Origin: an uncultured Limnohabitans sp.
GTDB lineage: Bacteria > Pseudomonadota > Gammaproteobacteria > Burkholderiales > Burkholderiaceae_C
NCBI GenBank assembly: GCA_964556425.1
Contig: CAZKWC010000006.1
Span: 2,622 to 66,621, forward strand
DNA length: 64,000 bases
Direction of reading: 5' to 3'
Positions 11,581 to 21,742 of this stretch are shown one piece after another. The translations under genes and the position numbers were made by a program. A model generated the notes under the pieces. That model made no database searches, had not been told where the DNA came from, and saw only the letters and a program-made list of their open reading frames with translations. How positions within the stretch are numbered: position 1 is the stretch's first letter; every line of letters starts with the position of its first letter.

Positions 11581-12504
11581 ATGTCATTTCAAGTTCATCA
11601 AGTTAGTCAATATCTTCAAAATCTGCAGGCTAGTATTACCACAGCCCTTGAGCAAATTGAGGGGCCTAACGGCGCCCGTTTTTTAGCTGATGCATGGCAA
11701 AAACCAGAGGGTGAAAAACTGCAAGGCCAAGGTATTACTAAAATCCTTGAAAACGGCAAAATATTCGAGCGAGCGGGTTGTGGCTTTTCTCATGTGACTG
11801 GCCCGCACTTGCCCCCATCAGCCACTGCTCATCGCCCAGAGTTGGCGGGTTGTCCTTTCGAAGCAATGGGTGTATCTTTGGTTTTTCATCCACGCAATCC
11901 GTTTATACCCACCGTTCATATGAATGTTCGTATGATTAGCGCCAAGCACCCCGATGGCCATACTGTTTCATGGTTTGGTGGTGGTATGGACTTAACCCCT
12001 TACTACGGTTTTGAAGAAGATGCGGTGCATTTTCATCAGGTTTGTCATGATGCACTAGCCCCGTTTGGAGAAGACAAATACCCCCGCTTTAAGAAATGGT
12101 GTGATGAATATTTTTATTTAGCTCATCGCAACGAACAACGTGGCATTGGTGGTATATTTTTTGATGATTTTTCTGAGTTAGGCCAAGAACAAAGTTTAGC
12201 GATGATGCAGTCAGTGGGTGATGCTTTCTTAAAAGCTTATTTACCAATTGTAGAAAAACGTCAAAATATACCTTACCACGATGCCCACCGAGAGCATCAA
12301 CTCTACCGCAGAGGACGCTATGTAGAGTTTAATTTAGTCTGGGACAGAGGTACGCATTTTGGCTTGCAATCGGGTGGCCGTACTGAATCTATTTTGCTTT
12401 CAATGCCGCCTTTGGTATCGTGGTCTTATCAAAAACAAGTTTTTCCAGGCTCTCCCGAACATCAATTAATGACTCAATTTTTAGTTCGCAAAGAATGGAT
12501 ATAA
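11581..12504 (+). CDS. hemF: Oxygen-dependent coproporphyrinogen III oxidase
   Basis: 307 aa, colinear with HemF ([46 protein letters not shown]). Confidence 0.93.
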   Translation: MSFQVHQVSQYLQNLQASITTALEQIEGPNGARFLADAWQKPEGEKLQGQGITKILENGKIFERAGCGFSHVTGPHLPPSATAHRPELAGCPFEAMGVSLVFHPRNPFIPTVHMNVRMISAKHPDGHTVSWFGGGMDLTPYYGFEEDAVHFHQVCHDALAPFGEDKYPRFKKWCDEYFYLAHRNEQRGIGGIFFDDFSELGQEQSLAMMQSVGDAFLKAYLPIVEKRQNIPYHDAHREHQLYRRGRYVEFNLVWDRGTHFGLQSGGRTESILLSMPPLVSWSYQKQVFPGSPEHQLMTQFLVRKEWI

Positions 12505-12699
12505 AGCTTTTTATTTTTTATAAAATCTTTAAAATAACAATAAGCAATAGTGCAATTGGTTCTGAATTGCTTAATTAGTGCGTAAAAGCCACCTTTTAAG
12601 CCCTTATTCAGGCCAATTGACTTCAAATTTTTATATCTCGCTTACAAAACAGTAGGTTGCAAGGTATATTCAATAACATTCGATTTATTAAGTGATTCC

Positions 12700-13506
12700 A
12701 TGACCAAAGAAACAACAGCCAAACGCGGCGTACAAAAACTCCAACGCGTTATTCTTGATGCCTTAGAAAAAGTAAAAGGACAAGAAATTCAAGTATTTGA
12801 TACCGAGCAACAATCCTCATTATTTGAGCGAGTATTTGTAGCTTCAGGTACCTCTAATCGTCAAACCCGTGCTTTGGCTTCTGCAGTTCGTGATGCAGTA
12901 AAAGGCGCTGGTTTTGATATTCCCCGAGTCGAAGGTGAGGAAAACGGCGAGTGGGTATTAGTTGACTGCGGTTCTGCAGTGGTTCACATCATGCAACCAA
13001 AGGTGCGCGAATATTACCGCCTCGAAGACTTATGGGGTGAGACACCCGTTAAAATGCGCCGCGAAACCGCTGCTAAAAACAAAGAACAAGCTGAAGGCAG
13101 TGCAACTCCAGCACGCAAAACTACTGCTCGTAAAACTAGCGCAAGCACCACTGTGAAAGCCATTGATGCTGCTACAGTAGTTAAAAAAGCAGCCAAAAAA
13201 GTGGCTGAGTCAGCTTCTGCAACACCAGTTAAAACAGCTCGTAAAACAGCCACTAAAACAAGTACTAAAGCACCAGCAAAAACAGTGAGCAAAACGACGA
13301 CTAAAGCAGTAGTTAAAGCCGCTGTTGAGTCGGTAAAAGCAGCTGTAAAAGCTAAAGCTCCAGCTAAAACTGCAGCCAAAACAGCTGTCAAAACAGTAAA
13401 GGCAGCACCAGTAACCAAAGTAGTGATTGGTAAACCAGCCGCTAAAAAAACCGTTGCAGCTAAAAAGTCAGTACCGGCTAAAAAAGTGGCGAGTAAAAAG
13501 GCTTAA
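12700..13506 (+). CDS. rsfS: Ribosomal silencing factor RsfS fused to a ~150 aa Ala/Lys/Thr/Val-rich basic tail
   Basis: Residues 1-115 match the RsfS domain (VFDTEQQSSLFERVFVASGTSNRQTRALA...GEWVLVDCGSAVVHIMQPKVREYYRLEDLW). The gene sits upstream of rlmH. Residues ~116-268 are low complexity (AKKTVAAKKSVPAKKVASKKA). Confidence 0.88.
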   Translation: MTKETTAKRGVQKLQRVILDALEKVKGQEIQVFDTEQQSSLFERVFVASGTSNRQTRALASAVRDAVKGAGFDIPRVEGEENGEWVLVDCGSAVVHIMQPKVREYYRLEDLWGETPVKMRRETAAKNKEQAEGSATPARKTTARKTSASTTVKAIDAATVVKKAAKKVAESASATPVKTARKTATKTSTKAPAKTVSKTTTKAVVKAAVESVKAAVKAKAPAKTAAKTAVKTVKAAPVTKVVIGKPAAKKTVAAKKSVPAKKVASKKA

Positions 13507-13550
13507 TGCACCTTTTTTAGGGGCATTTGAGCAAGAGTAGGGGCCAGGAC

Positions 13551-14018
13551 TTGAAAATCCATATTGTTGCAGTGGGCCAAAAAATGCCAGCTTGGGTTGA
13601 AACCGCTTTTGAAGATTATCACAAGCGTTTTCCAGCTGAGGTCAAACCCTTGTTAAAAGCGGTGAAGGCAGAGCCTCGGGCTGGTAAGTCGACTGCTCAA
13701 TTAATGGCTGCAGAAGCCTCTCGCATTGAAGCCGCCCTTCCTAGTAGTTGCCGTCGCATTATTTTGGATGAGCGTGGTAAAGGACTTACCACTGTAGCTT
13801 TGTCTCAAAGGTTATCGGCATGGCAACAAGATGGTCGAGAAGTAGTTTGGATGATAGGTGGGCCTGATGGCCTAGATCCTAGTCTAAAAGCCACTGCCGA
13901 TGAAACCATTAAATTATCCGATCTAACCCTGCCTCACGCCATGGTGCGGGTGTTATTAATTGAGCAACTGTACCGCGCATGGTCTTTATTAACCAACCAT
14001 CCCTATCACCGTGAGTAA
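13551..14018 (+). CDS. rlmH: 23S rRNA (pseudouridine1915-N3)-methyltransferase
   Basis: TTG 13551 gives 155 aa, (L)[15 protein letters not shown] ... [10 protein letters not shown]. Length and termini match E. coli RlmH. The ORF-track start at 13527 is also TTG. Confidence 0.9.
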   Translation: MKIHIVAVGQKMPAWVETAFEDYHKRFPAEVKPLLKAVKAEPRAGKSTAQLMAAEASRIEAALPSSCRRIILDERGKGLTTVALSQRLSAWQQDGREVVWMIGGPDGLDPSLKATADETIKLSDLTLPHAMVRVLLIEQLYRAWSLLTNHPYHRE

Positions 14019-14613
14019 TTTTATTTATTTGGCATCACAAAGCCCCAGAAGACAAGAGTTGCTCAATCAACTCGGGGTGAGCCACAAATTATTATTGCCA
14101 CAACCCGATGAGGATGCTGAAGGCTTGGAGCAGGTTTTGCCTAGCGAAGCAGCACTTAATTATGTGAGGCGAGTGACCAAGTTAAAATTGCAAGCTGCAG
14201 TGGCTAGGCGTCAACGATTAGGCTTGCCACAAGCACCTATTTTATGTGCCGACACCACAGTGGCTCTACGCCAGCAAATTTTAGGTAAACCCAAAAATGC
14301 TGCACATGCCATACAAATGCTAACCGCTTTGGCCGGTCAAGAACATTTTGTTTACACTGCATTATCACTTTATCATCAGCAACAATTTTTTCATGCTTTA
14401 AGTCAGTCCAAAGTGACGTTTGCACCAATGTCTAAAGAAGAAATTGAACGATATGTTGCCACGCAAGAACCCTTTGGTAAAGCGGGATCTTATGCTGTAC
14501 AAGGTAGGGCAGCAGCTTTTATTGCTAACATAGAGGGAAGCTACACTGGTATTATGGGCCTACCTTTATACGAGTGTGCTCAATTGTTAAGACAAATCAA
14601 CTGGTCAATTTAA
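14011..14613 (+). CDS. maf: Maf-family nucleoside triphosphate pyrophosphatase
   Basis: The GTG start overlaps the rlmH stop. Motifs are [14 protein letters not shown] and [10 protein letters not shown]. The gene lies between rlmH and rng. Confidence 0.88.
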   Translation: MSNFIYLASQSPRRQELLNQLGVSHKLLLPQPDEDAEGLEQVLPSEAALNYVRRVTKLKLQAAVARRQRLGLPQAPILCADTTVALRQQILGKPKNAAHAIQMLTALAGQEHFVYTALSLYHQQQFFHALSQSKVTFAPMSKEEIERYVATQEPFGKAGSYAVQGRAAAFIANIEGSYTGIMGLPLYECAQLLRQINWSI

Positions 14614-14667
14614 ACTGCCTTGTCATTTATTCTGCTAGGGCTTTATTCTTCAACTCTTTTAAACCCT

Positions 14668-16170
14668 ATGAATCAAGAAATTTTAATCAACTGGTCCCCT
14701 CAAGAAACAAGGGTAGCAGTAGTAGAGCAAGGCGCTGTTCAAGAGTTGCATGTGGAGCGGACCCTAGAGCGAGGTTTAGTTGGCAATATTTATTTGGGTA
14801 AAGTGGTTAGAGTGCTGCCGGGTATGCAATCTGCCTTTATTAATATAGGTCTTGAAAAAGCTGCATTTTTGCATGTTGCCGACTTATTAAGTAGCATTGC
14901 TGCACGCCACACCGATTTTGATGCTCCGACACAAAATGGCGCTACTCCACCTGCGCCACTGCCCATAGAGAAGCAAGTTTTTGAAGGGCAAACTTTATTG
15001 GTTCAAGTTATTAAAGATCCGATTGGAAGCAAGGGCGCAAGACTATCCACTCAAATTAGTATTGCGGGTAGGTCATTGGTGTATTTACCTCAAGATGACC
15101 ACATTGGTGTATCGCAAAAAATTCCCTTAGAGCAAAGAAAAGCACTGCGTCAAAGAGTGTCTAAAATGGCCCTTGCCGATGATGCTAAAGCCGGAGGTGG
15201 ATTTATTTTGCGCACTAATGCAGAAGATGCAAAAGATGCCGAACTCGCCGATGACATTGCTTATTTAAGGCGAACTTGGGCCTCTATTAAAACGGGTTCA
15301 AAAAAATATCCACCCCTTACTTTGTTATATCGAGATTTGAGTTTGTTAGAGCGAGTACTACGCGATTTAGTAGCTGAAGAAACTCAAGTGATCTATATTG
15401 ATTCCAAAGAGCAATTTGGCAAACTAAAGGCCTTTGGTGAAACCTATATGCCTAGGGCAGTGGCCAAGTTGCAGCATTACAAAGGTGAGCGTCCTATTTT
15501 TGATTTATTCAGTATTGATGATGAAATTGCCAAGGCCTTGGGCCGAAGGGTCGATTTAAAATCGGGTGGGTATTTAATTATTGATCAAACCGAAGCCCTT
15601 ACCACAGTAGATGTCAATACAGGCGGGTATGTAGGTGCACGCAATTTTGATGACACTATTTTTAAAACTAATTTAGAAGCGGCTCAAGCCATTGCAAGGC
15701 AATTGCGCTTGCGAAATTTAGGTGGCATTATGGTGCTTGATTTTATTGATATGGCACCAGCCGAGCATCAAGAGGCGGTTTTAGCTGAATTTAAAAAACA
15801 ACTTGCCAAAGACCGAGTGAAAACCACTCTCACTGGGTTTTCACAATTGGGTTTATTAGAAATGACCCGTAAGCGTACACGTGAGTCCTTGGCGCATATG
15901 CTCACTGAGGTCTGTCCTGCTTGCCATGGTAAAGGTCAAATTAAAACTAGTCGCACGGTGGCCTACGATATTTTGCGAGAAATACTGCGCCAAAGTCGGC
16001 AGTTTAATCCTCGGGAGATAAGAGTGATTGCTAACGCTAGTGTGATTGAATTGTTTTTAGATGAAGAAAGCCAACATTTAGCTGAGCTTTCTGACTTTAT
16101 TAAAAAACCAATTTCTTTGCAAAGTGATATTACTGTGCCGCAAGATCAATACGATGTGATCTTGCTTTAG
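14668..16170 (+). CDS. rng: Ribonuclease G
   Basis: ATG 14668 (MNQEILINWSPQETRVAV). It has an S1 domain plus an RNase E/G catalytic core (VDVNTGGYVG, GGIMVLDFIDM) and is 500 aa. Confidence 0.93.
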   Translation: MNQEILINWSPQETRVAVVEQGAVQELHVERTLERGLVGNIYLGKVVRVLPGMQSAFINIGLEKAAFLHVADLLSSIAARHTDFDAPTQNGATPPAPLPIEKQVFEGQTLLVQVIKDPIGSKGARLSTQISIAGRSLVYLPQDDHIGVSQKIPLEQRKALRQRVSKMALADDAKAGGGFILRTNAEDAKDAELADDIAYLRRTWASIKTGSKKYPPLTLLYRDLSLLERVLRDLVAEETQVIYIDSKEQFGKLKAFGETYMPRAVAKLQHYKGERPIFDLFSIDDEIAKALGRRVDLKSGGYLIIDQTEALTTVDVNTGGYVGARNFDDTIFKTNLEAAQAIARQLRLRNLGGIMVLDFIDMAPAEHQEAVLAEFKKQLAKDRVKTTLTGFSQLGLLEMTRKRTRESLAHMLTEVCPACHGKGQIKTSRTVAYDILREILRQSRQFNPREIRVIANASVIELFLDEESQHLAELSDFIKKPISLQSDITVPQDQYDVILL

Positions 16171-16214
16171 TGACTTTTATGTTGCTGGGCCTAATTGTCA
16201 ATGAGGGGTTAACG

Positions 16215-18005
16215 CTATCCAACTGCATGGCTGTCGCCTAACCCTAGTCGATAAAGTTGGGCATAAGCGCCATTGTGGTTAATAAGCTCAGTGTGCGAGC
16301 CTATTTCAATAATAGATCCTGCCTCCATGACGACAATGCGATCGGCATGCTCTACTGTAGAGAGCCGATGGGCAATGACTAAAGAAGTACGATTTTTCAT
16401 CAGTACGGTTAATGCACTTTGCACTGCTCGCTCCGATTGTGTATCTAGGGCACTAGTGGCTTCATCCAAAATTAAGATGGGTGCATTTTTATAGAGTGCT
16501 CTGGCAATAGCTAAGCGTTGTCTTTGCCCACCCGATAATTGGTTAGCATTGTGGCCCACTAAAGTATGAATGCCTAGCGGTAACTCCGATACAAAATCTT
16601 CTAAATTGGCTGCCTTTAAACATTCCCATACTTTGTCTTGATCCAAATTTTGACCCAATGCGACATTATGGGCAAGAGAGGCATTTAGCATATAAACATG
16701 TTGACTCACCATAGCGAATTGCTGGCGCAAATTATCTAAATTCCAATCTTTTATATCGACTCCATCTAGTTGAATCACACCCGAATTCGCTTCAATAAAA
16801 CGTGGCAATAAATTTACTAGGGTAGTTTTACCAGAGCCGGAGGCCCCCACCAAAGCAATGGTTTCGCCAGGTTGAATGGTTATGCTCAGCTGATTAACTG
16901 CAGGTTCTAGCTTAGGAGAGAATTGCACCGTTATATCTTTTATTTCGATATGACCAGAGGATCGATTGGTGTTAAAACCACCAGAGGTTTCACTTGGAGT
17001 TTGATCGAGCAAATCAAACCCTCTTTCAATCGCAGCTAAACCTCTGGTAATGGGGTTGGCAATTTCTGATAAGTGTTTAATGGGAGCAACCACTAACAAC
17101 ATTGTCATGACAAATGAAGTAAAGGCACCTACAGTGGTACCACTAGTATTACTTTGAAACAAGGCAATCGAAATAACAGCGGATAACGCAATCGCTGCCA
17201 TCATTTGAGTCGCCGGTTTCATGGCAGCAGAGGCACTGGTAGTTTTAATTGAAAGGGATTTGAGTTGTTGGCTAATTTGGAAAAAACGTTCAGCTTGTTG
17301 TTCTTGGGCATGATGTAATCGCACGTCTCGGTGTGCCAATACATTTTCCTCTACTACATAGGCTAACTCATCAGTGGCCACTTGACTGCTTTTTGAAAGT
17401 TTATAAAGTCGTTTGGTAAGCACTACCATGACTAAAGCCACTCCAGGAAAAATAATGGCCACTACTAATGTAAGCTTCCAATTTAAATAAAGCAAGTAGC
17501 CGACTAAAGCAATTAAAGTGACGCTATCTCTAACAAAAGAAATAATAGAGTTCACTAGTAGCATAGAACCGTTTTGTACTTCATAAACGACAGTGTTTGC
17601 CAATTCACTGCCCGATTGATTTTTAAATAAATCTAATTTAGCCGTTAATAATTTGTCAAACATTTGTTGGCGTAATTTTTTCAAACCAGTTGCGGTAATA
17701 TTAGTGAGTACCAACTCTGTGATATAGCCAGCTGCCCCACGAATTGCAAAAATTGCCAAAATGGTTGCCGGTACTTGCCAGATTTCTATAGCACCTTTTT
17801 GAAAACCCCGGTCGAGTAATAATTTAAAGGCTGCAGGTATAAGAGGTTCTGTAGCTGCCGCTATAGCAGTTGCTAAAATAGCCAAAACCCAAGCCCCTTT
17901 TTGAGTGAAAAAATAGGGGCTTAATCGTTTAAAACGCTTGAGTAAAGATTGTTGATGGCTAAACTTAGCTTTAGAAGCTGGCTCAGACGATAATTGGTCA
18001 GTCAT
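16215..18005 (-). CDS. msbA: Lipid A export ABC transporter permease/ATPase
   Basis: 596 aa. A six-TM exporter domain is joined to an NBD with Walker A GASGSGKTT, signature LSGGQRQR and Walker B ILILDEATSALD. It is divergent from an LPS-type glycosyltransferase. Confidence 0.82.
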   Translation of the reverse strand: MTDQLSSEPASKAKFSHQQSLLKRFKRLSPYFFTQKGAWVLAILATAIAAATEPLIPAAFKLLLDRGFQKGAIEIWQVPATILAIFAIRGAAGYITELVLTNITATGLKKLRQQMFDKLLTAKLDLFKNQSGSELANTVVYEVQNGSMLLVNSIISFVRDSVTLIALVGYLLYLNWKLTLVVAIIFPGVALVMVVLTKRLYKLSKSSQVATDELAYVVEENVLAHRDVRLHHAQEQQAERFFQISQQLKSLSIKTTSASAAMKPATQMMAAIALSAVISIALFQSNTSGTTVGAFTSFVMTMLLVVAPIKHLSEIANPITRGLAAIERGFDLLDQTPSETSGGFNTNRSSGHIEIKDITVQFSPKLEPAVNQLSITIQPGETIALVGASGSGKTTLVNLLPRFIEANSGVIQLDGVDIKDWNLDNLRQQFAMVSQHVYMLNASLAHNVALGQNLDQDKVWECLKAANLEDFVSELPLGIHTLVGHNANQLSGGQRQRLAIARALYKNAPILILDEATSALDTQSERAVQSALTVLMKNRTSLVIAHRLSTVEHADRIVVMEAGSIIEIGSHTELINHNGAYAQLYRLGLGDSHAVG

Positions 18006-18125
18006 TAATTAGTGGTCCTGGACTCTGGTGCTTAATCGGGTTGATCGTATTGTCTGTCAATTATCCTAGATTTAAACACTTCACTATCAGACTTTATTGC
18101 TTAACTTTGTACGATAATCACTATT

Positions 18126-18950
18126 ATGAGTTTACAAAAATTTCAAATAACCCCCAATTCTGTTGATTTAACTGTTGTTATTATTGCTTTGAACGAGGCT
18201 CATAATATTGAAGACTGCATTAGGTCTGTTTTATTTGCCCAGCAAATAGTGGTTTTAGATGGTGGCAGTCAAGATCAAACAGTGGCTATTGCAAAAGCTT
18301 TGGGTGCTCAAGTAGAGGCCAATACTAATTGGCAAGGCTTTGGTTATCAGAAAAATAAGGCCCTCAGTTATGCTAAAAATAAATGGGTATTGTCATTAGA
18401 TGCAGATGAAAGAGTCACTCCAGAACTTGCTCAAGAGTTAATACTAGCTATACACAATTCAGATAAAAGTGAATCAGCACTAGCATTTGAAATACCACGT
18501 CTCACTGAGTTTTGTGGACAAATGATTCGCCATTCTGGCTGGACTCCTGATTACGTAACCCGTTTATGGTTGAATGGAAAAGCTCAATTCAGTCCCGACT
18601 TGGTGCACGAACGTTTGCTTACATCTGGTGCTCAAGTCATCAAGTTAAAATCTTCACTTTTACATTACAGTTATCCGACTCCAGCTCATTATTGGGAGAA
18701 ACTGTCAAAATATAGTCAGGCATGGGCTTTGCAACGCTATACTAAAGGCATAAAAACCAGCATGACAAGAGCCGTGTTATCTGCCATAGTAGCGTTTGTA
18801 AAAAGTTATTTTTTTAGGTTGGGTTTTTTAGATGGTGCCTTAGGTTTTGCTGTTTGCTTTATGCAAGCGCAGGCGGCGTTTGGTAAATATTTCACTTTGT
18901 ATTGTTTGTGGCTTCAAAAACGCCCAGAATCTTCCCATAAAGGAGTTTAA
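18126..18950 (+). CDS. Family 2 glycosyltransferase (LPS-core type, KdtX/WaaE-like)
   Basis: 274 aa with a GT-A fold (VVIIALNEAHNIEDC, DADE motif in LSLDADERV). Confidence 0.75.
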   Translation: MSLQKFQITPNSVDLTVVIIALNEAHNIEDCIRSVLFAQQIVVLDGGSQDQTVAIAKALGAQVEANTNWQGFGYQKNKALSYAKNKWVLSLDADERVTPELAQELILAIHNSDKSESALAFEIPRLTEFCGQMIRHSGWTPDYVTRLWLNGKAQFSPDLVHERLLTSGAQVIKLKSSLLHYSYPTPAHYWEKLSKYSQAWALQRYTKGIKTSMTRAVLSAIVAFVKSYFFRLGFLDGALGFAVCFMQAQAAFGKYFTLYCLWLQKRPESSHKGV

Positions 18951-18957
18951 GTTCTCT

Positions 18958-20238
18958 ATGAAATTTATTCAATTTTGTTTTTCTCTTTTAGTGGTCTTGT
19001 TGGCCTCTGTGCCTGGATTGTCCCACTCGCAATTTAGAATGGAAGTATCTGGCGTAGGTTTAAGCCAATTGCCAATTGCAATTACTTCGTTTCGCTCCGA
19101 AGACCAATCGCCTCAAAAAATTTCTGAAATTGTGAAAGCTGACTTGGAGCGTACCGGTCAGTTTTTAATGACCAACACGCTAGGCGCTCAAGCCGATGAG
19201 TCCACTAGGCCCGATTTTTCAGTATGGCGTCAAAAAAATACAGATGCACTGGCCAGTGGTAGCGTAACGCGCCTCTCTGATGGCCGTTTTGACGTGCGTG
19301 TAAGGTTATGGGATACGGTCAAAGGTCAAGACCTAGGTGGTAAAAGTTTTATTGTGGTGGCAGCTGATATGCGTCTAGCAGCCCATCAAGTAGCGGACTT
19401 TATTTACGAAAAACTCACCGGAGAAAAAGGTGTTTTTGCTTCTCGCATTGCTTATGTGACTAAAAGTGGCGGACGTCATAGCCTTTGGGTAGCTGACTCC
19501 GACGGTCAGGGCGCCGCAGTATTATTAAGTAGTCAGGAGCCAATTATTTCACCTAGCTGGTCACCTAAAGGCAATCAGTTGGTGTATGTATCCTTTGAGT
19601 CTCGTAAACCAGTCGTTTTCACACAAATGGTACAAATTAGTCAACGCAAAGCAGTGGCTAACTTTAAAGGTTCTAATAGCGCTCCAGCTTGGTCACCCGA
19701 TGGTAGAAATATTGCTGTTACCTTAAGTCGAGATGGTGGGTCACAAATTTATCTTGTTGACGCAGAAGGCCGTGGTGATGCAAGACGCTTAACTCAATCG
19801 AATGGTATTGATACGGAGGCGGTATTTTCAGCCAACGGTCAATATATTTATTTTGTGAGTGATAGGGGTGGCTCGCCACAAATTTACCGTATGTCTGCTA
19901 ATGGTGGTAGCGCAGAACGAGTTACCTTTAACGGTAGTTACAATATTTCTCCAGCACCTAGTCCAGACGGTCGGTACTTAGCTTATATTTCCAAGGTTGG
20001 TTCTTCCTACAAGTTGCATGTTTTAGATCTAAGCTCTGGTTCTACGTCAGCTATTACTAGTACATGGTCAGACGAGCGTCCTAGCTTTTCACCCAACAGT
20101 AAACTTATTTTGTTTGCATCAAAGCAAGATGGCCGAGAGGTTTTGATGACTACTACAGTCGATGGTAAGGTAAAAACAAAATTGGCTTCGCCTGGTGGCG
20201 ATATTCGCGAGCCTTCTTGGGGCCCAAAATTAAATTAA
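18958..20238 (+). CDS. tolB: Tol-Pal system periplasmic protein TolB
   Basis: ATG 18958 follows AAGGAG. A signal peptide is followed by the TolB N-domain and beta-propeller repeats (SPSWSPKG, APAWSPDG, SPAPSPDG, RPSFSPNS). Confidence 0.95.
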   Translation: MKFIQFCFSLLVVLLASVPGLSHSQFRMEVSGVGLSQLPIAITSFRSEDQSPQKISEIVKADLERTGQFLMTNTLGAQADESTRPDFSVWRQKNTDALASGSVTRLSDGRFDVRVRLWDTVKGQDLGGKSFIVVAADMRLAAHQVADFIYEKLTGEKGVFASRIAYVTKSGGRHSLWVADSDGQGAAVLLSSQEPIISPSWSPKGNQLVYVSFESRKPVVFTQMVQISQRKAVANFKGSNSAPAWSPDGRNIAVTLSRDGGSQIYLVDAEGRGDARRLTQSNGIDTEAVFSANGQYIYFVSDRGGSPQIYRMSANGGSAERVTFNGSYNISPAPSPDGRYLAYISKVGSSYKLHVLDLSSGSTSAITSTWSDERPSFSPNSKLILFASKQDGREVLMTTTVDGKVKTKLASPGGDIREPSWGPKLN

Positions 20239-20256
20239 TTGAAACTGGAGAATGTT

Positions 20257-20796
20257 ATGAAGTTGAAAAATGTATTTCTTATGCTCGTTATGTCTGGTTT
20301 TGTGATGGCTTGCTCAAGCACCAAACTGGATACTCCAGTTGAAGATAAGCAGGCGACTGTGGTCGATGGCACTATGAATAACTCCAACGCGGATTTAAAT
20401 AGCGCCAATAGTAGTGTTCAGTCCATGGACTTAAACGCTTCTGACAATGGTTCTGCAGGACCTGCTAATGCAAGTAAAGTGATTTATTTTGATTACGATA
20501 GCTACCAAGTTCGCCCTGAATATTTAAGTGTTCTCGAAATTCACGCTCGTTTTTTAAGTGCGAACAAATCTCGTCGTGCCTCTTTAGAAGGACACACCGA
20601 TTCTTCAGGTGGTCGTGAATATAATTTGGCTTTAGGTCAAAAACGTGCCGATGCGGTGCGTCGCTCATTAACCATGATGGGTGTTTCTGATTCACAAATT
20701 GAGTCAGTGAGTTTTGGTAAAGAAAAACCAGCCGATTTGGGCTCTGGTGAAGCTGCCATGGCTAAAAATCGCAGAGCTGAAATTTTCTACCGTTAA
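20257..20796 (+). CDS. pal: Peptidoglycan-associated lipoprotein Pal
   Basis: ATG 20257 follows GGAG. It has the lipobox VMAC and an OmpA_C domain (LEGHTDSSGGREYNLALGQKRADAV ... NRRAEI). Confidence 0.95.
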   Translation: MKLKNVFLMLVMSGFVMACSSTKLDTPVEDKQATVVDGTMNNSNADLNSANSSVQSMDLNASDNGSAGPANASKVIYFDYDSYQVRPEYLSVLEIHARFLSANKSRRASLEGHTDSSGGREYNLALGQKRADAVRRSLTMMGVSDSQIESVSFGKEKPADLGSGEAAMAKNRRAEIFYR

Positions 20797-20808
20797 TTCA
20801 AACACCAT

Positions 20809-20835
20809 AAAAAAGAAGGTTTTGCCTTCTTTTTT
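20809..20835 (+). terminator. Hairpin plus T-run between pal and cpoB
   Basis: AAAAGAAGG-TTTTG-CCTTCTTTTTT. Confidence 0.6.
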
Positions 20836-20862
20836 ATCAATTCAAATTGAGGTCAGTTACTT

Positions 20863-21672
20863 ATGGGAATTCTTAATATCAAAAAACTAACTTCTGTTGT
20901 TTTGCTTTTATTATTACTATTGGCATCTCAAATAGCTCATGCTGGTTTATTTGAAGATGAGGATGCACGTAAAGCAATTCTTGATTTGCGATTAAAAGAG
21001 TCTTCTCTTTCCAAGCGAATTGAAACTTTAGAAAAAAGTTTAGAAGATGTTAATTTGCAAAATTCTCAATTACGTCGAAGTTTATTTGTTTTACAAAATC
21101 AAATAGATGAGCAAATGAAACAAGCTCAGATTTTGCAAGGTACCAACGAGAAATTAATTCGTGACGTTTCTGAGTTGTTAAAAAGACAAAATGAATCGTC
21201 CGCAGTAGTTGAAAGAAAACTAGCAGAGGTCGATCAAAGAGTAAGCCAATTCGAACCCATTAAAATCCAAATGGATGGTATGGAATTATTGGTAGATCCT
21301 AAAGATAAAAAAGATTTTGATGTCGCAATGACGGCTTTTAGAGCTGCTGACTTTAATAAAGCTGAAAGAGGTTTTAGTAATTTGGTGAGTAATAGTCCTA
21401 ATAGTCCTTTAATGCCACATTTTTATTATTGGTTGGCTAATTCTCAATATGCAACCGGTAATTTTAAAGAGGCGGCTCAAAATTACAAACAAATGTTGGC
21501 AAGAGCAAGCAACCATCCAAAGGCAGCAGAAGCGATGTTTGGTTTAGCTAATTGTTTGCAAGAACTCAAAGATACTAAAGCGGTTAAAAAAGTACTGCAA
21601 GATTTAATCAAAAACTATCCCGATTCCGAGTTAGTCAATAATGCAAAAAATCGCTTAAAAAATATGAAGTAA
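20863..21672 (+). CDS. cpoB: Tol-Pal system protein CpoB/YbgF
   Basis: 269 aa with a signal peptide, a coiled-coil N-domain and C-terminal TPRs. It occupies the conserved position after pal. Confidence 0.85.
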   Translation: MGILNIKKLTSVVLLLLLLLASQIAHAGLFEDEDARKAILDLRLKESSLSKRIETLEKSLEDVNLQNSQLRRSLFVLQNQIDEQMKQAQILQGTNEKLIRDVSELLKRQNESSAVVERKLAEVDQRVSQFEPIKIQMDGMELLVDPKDKKDFDVAMTAFRAADFNKAERGFSNLVSNSPNSPLMPHFYYWLANSQYATGNFKEAAQNYKQMLARASNHPKAAEAMFGLANCLQELKDTKAVKKVLQDLIKNYPDSELVNNAKNRLKNMK

Positions 21673-21742
21673 TGCTGGTGTTTGCAATTTTCATAATTGC
21701 TTGCAACCAGTATCATATGGGCTTATTAATTTTTTTACGGTT

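Noticed and set aside
13014-13418. 134-aa antisense ORF, and a 64-aa same-strand alternative-frame ORF (12962-13156), within the rsfS tail.
   Set aside because: These are products of the repetitive GC-rich Ala/Lys codon composition. The antisense translation is a monotone A/V/L/T string.
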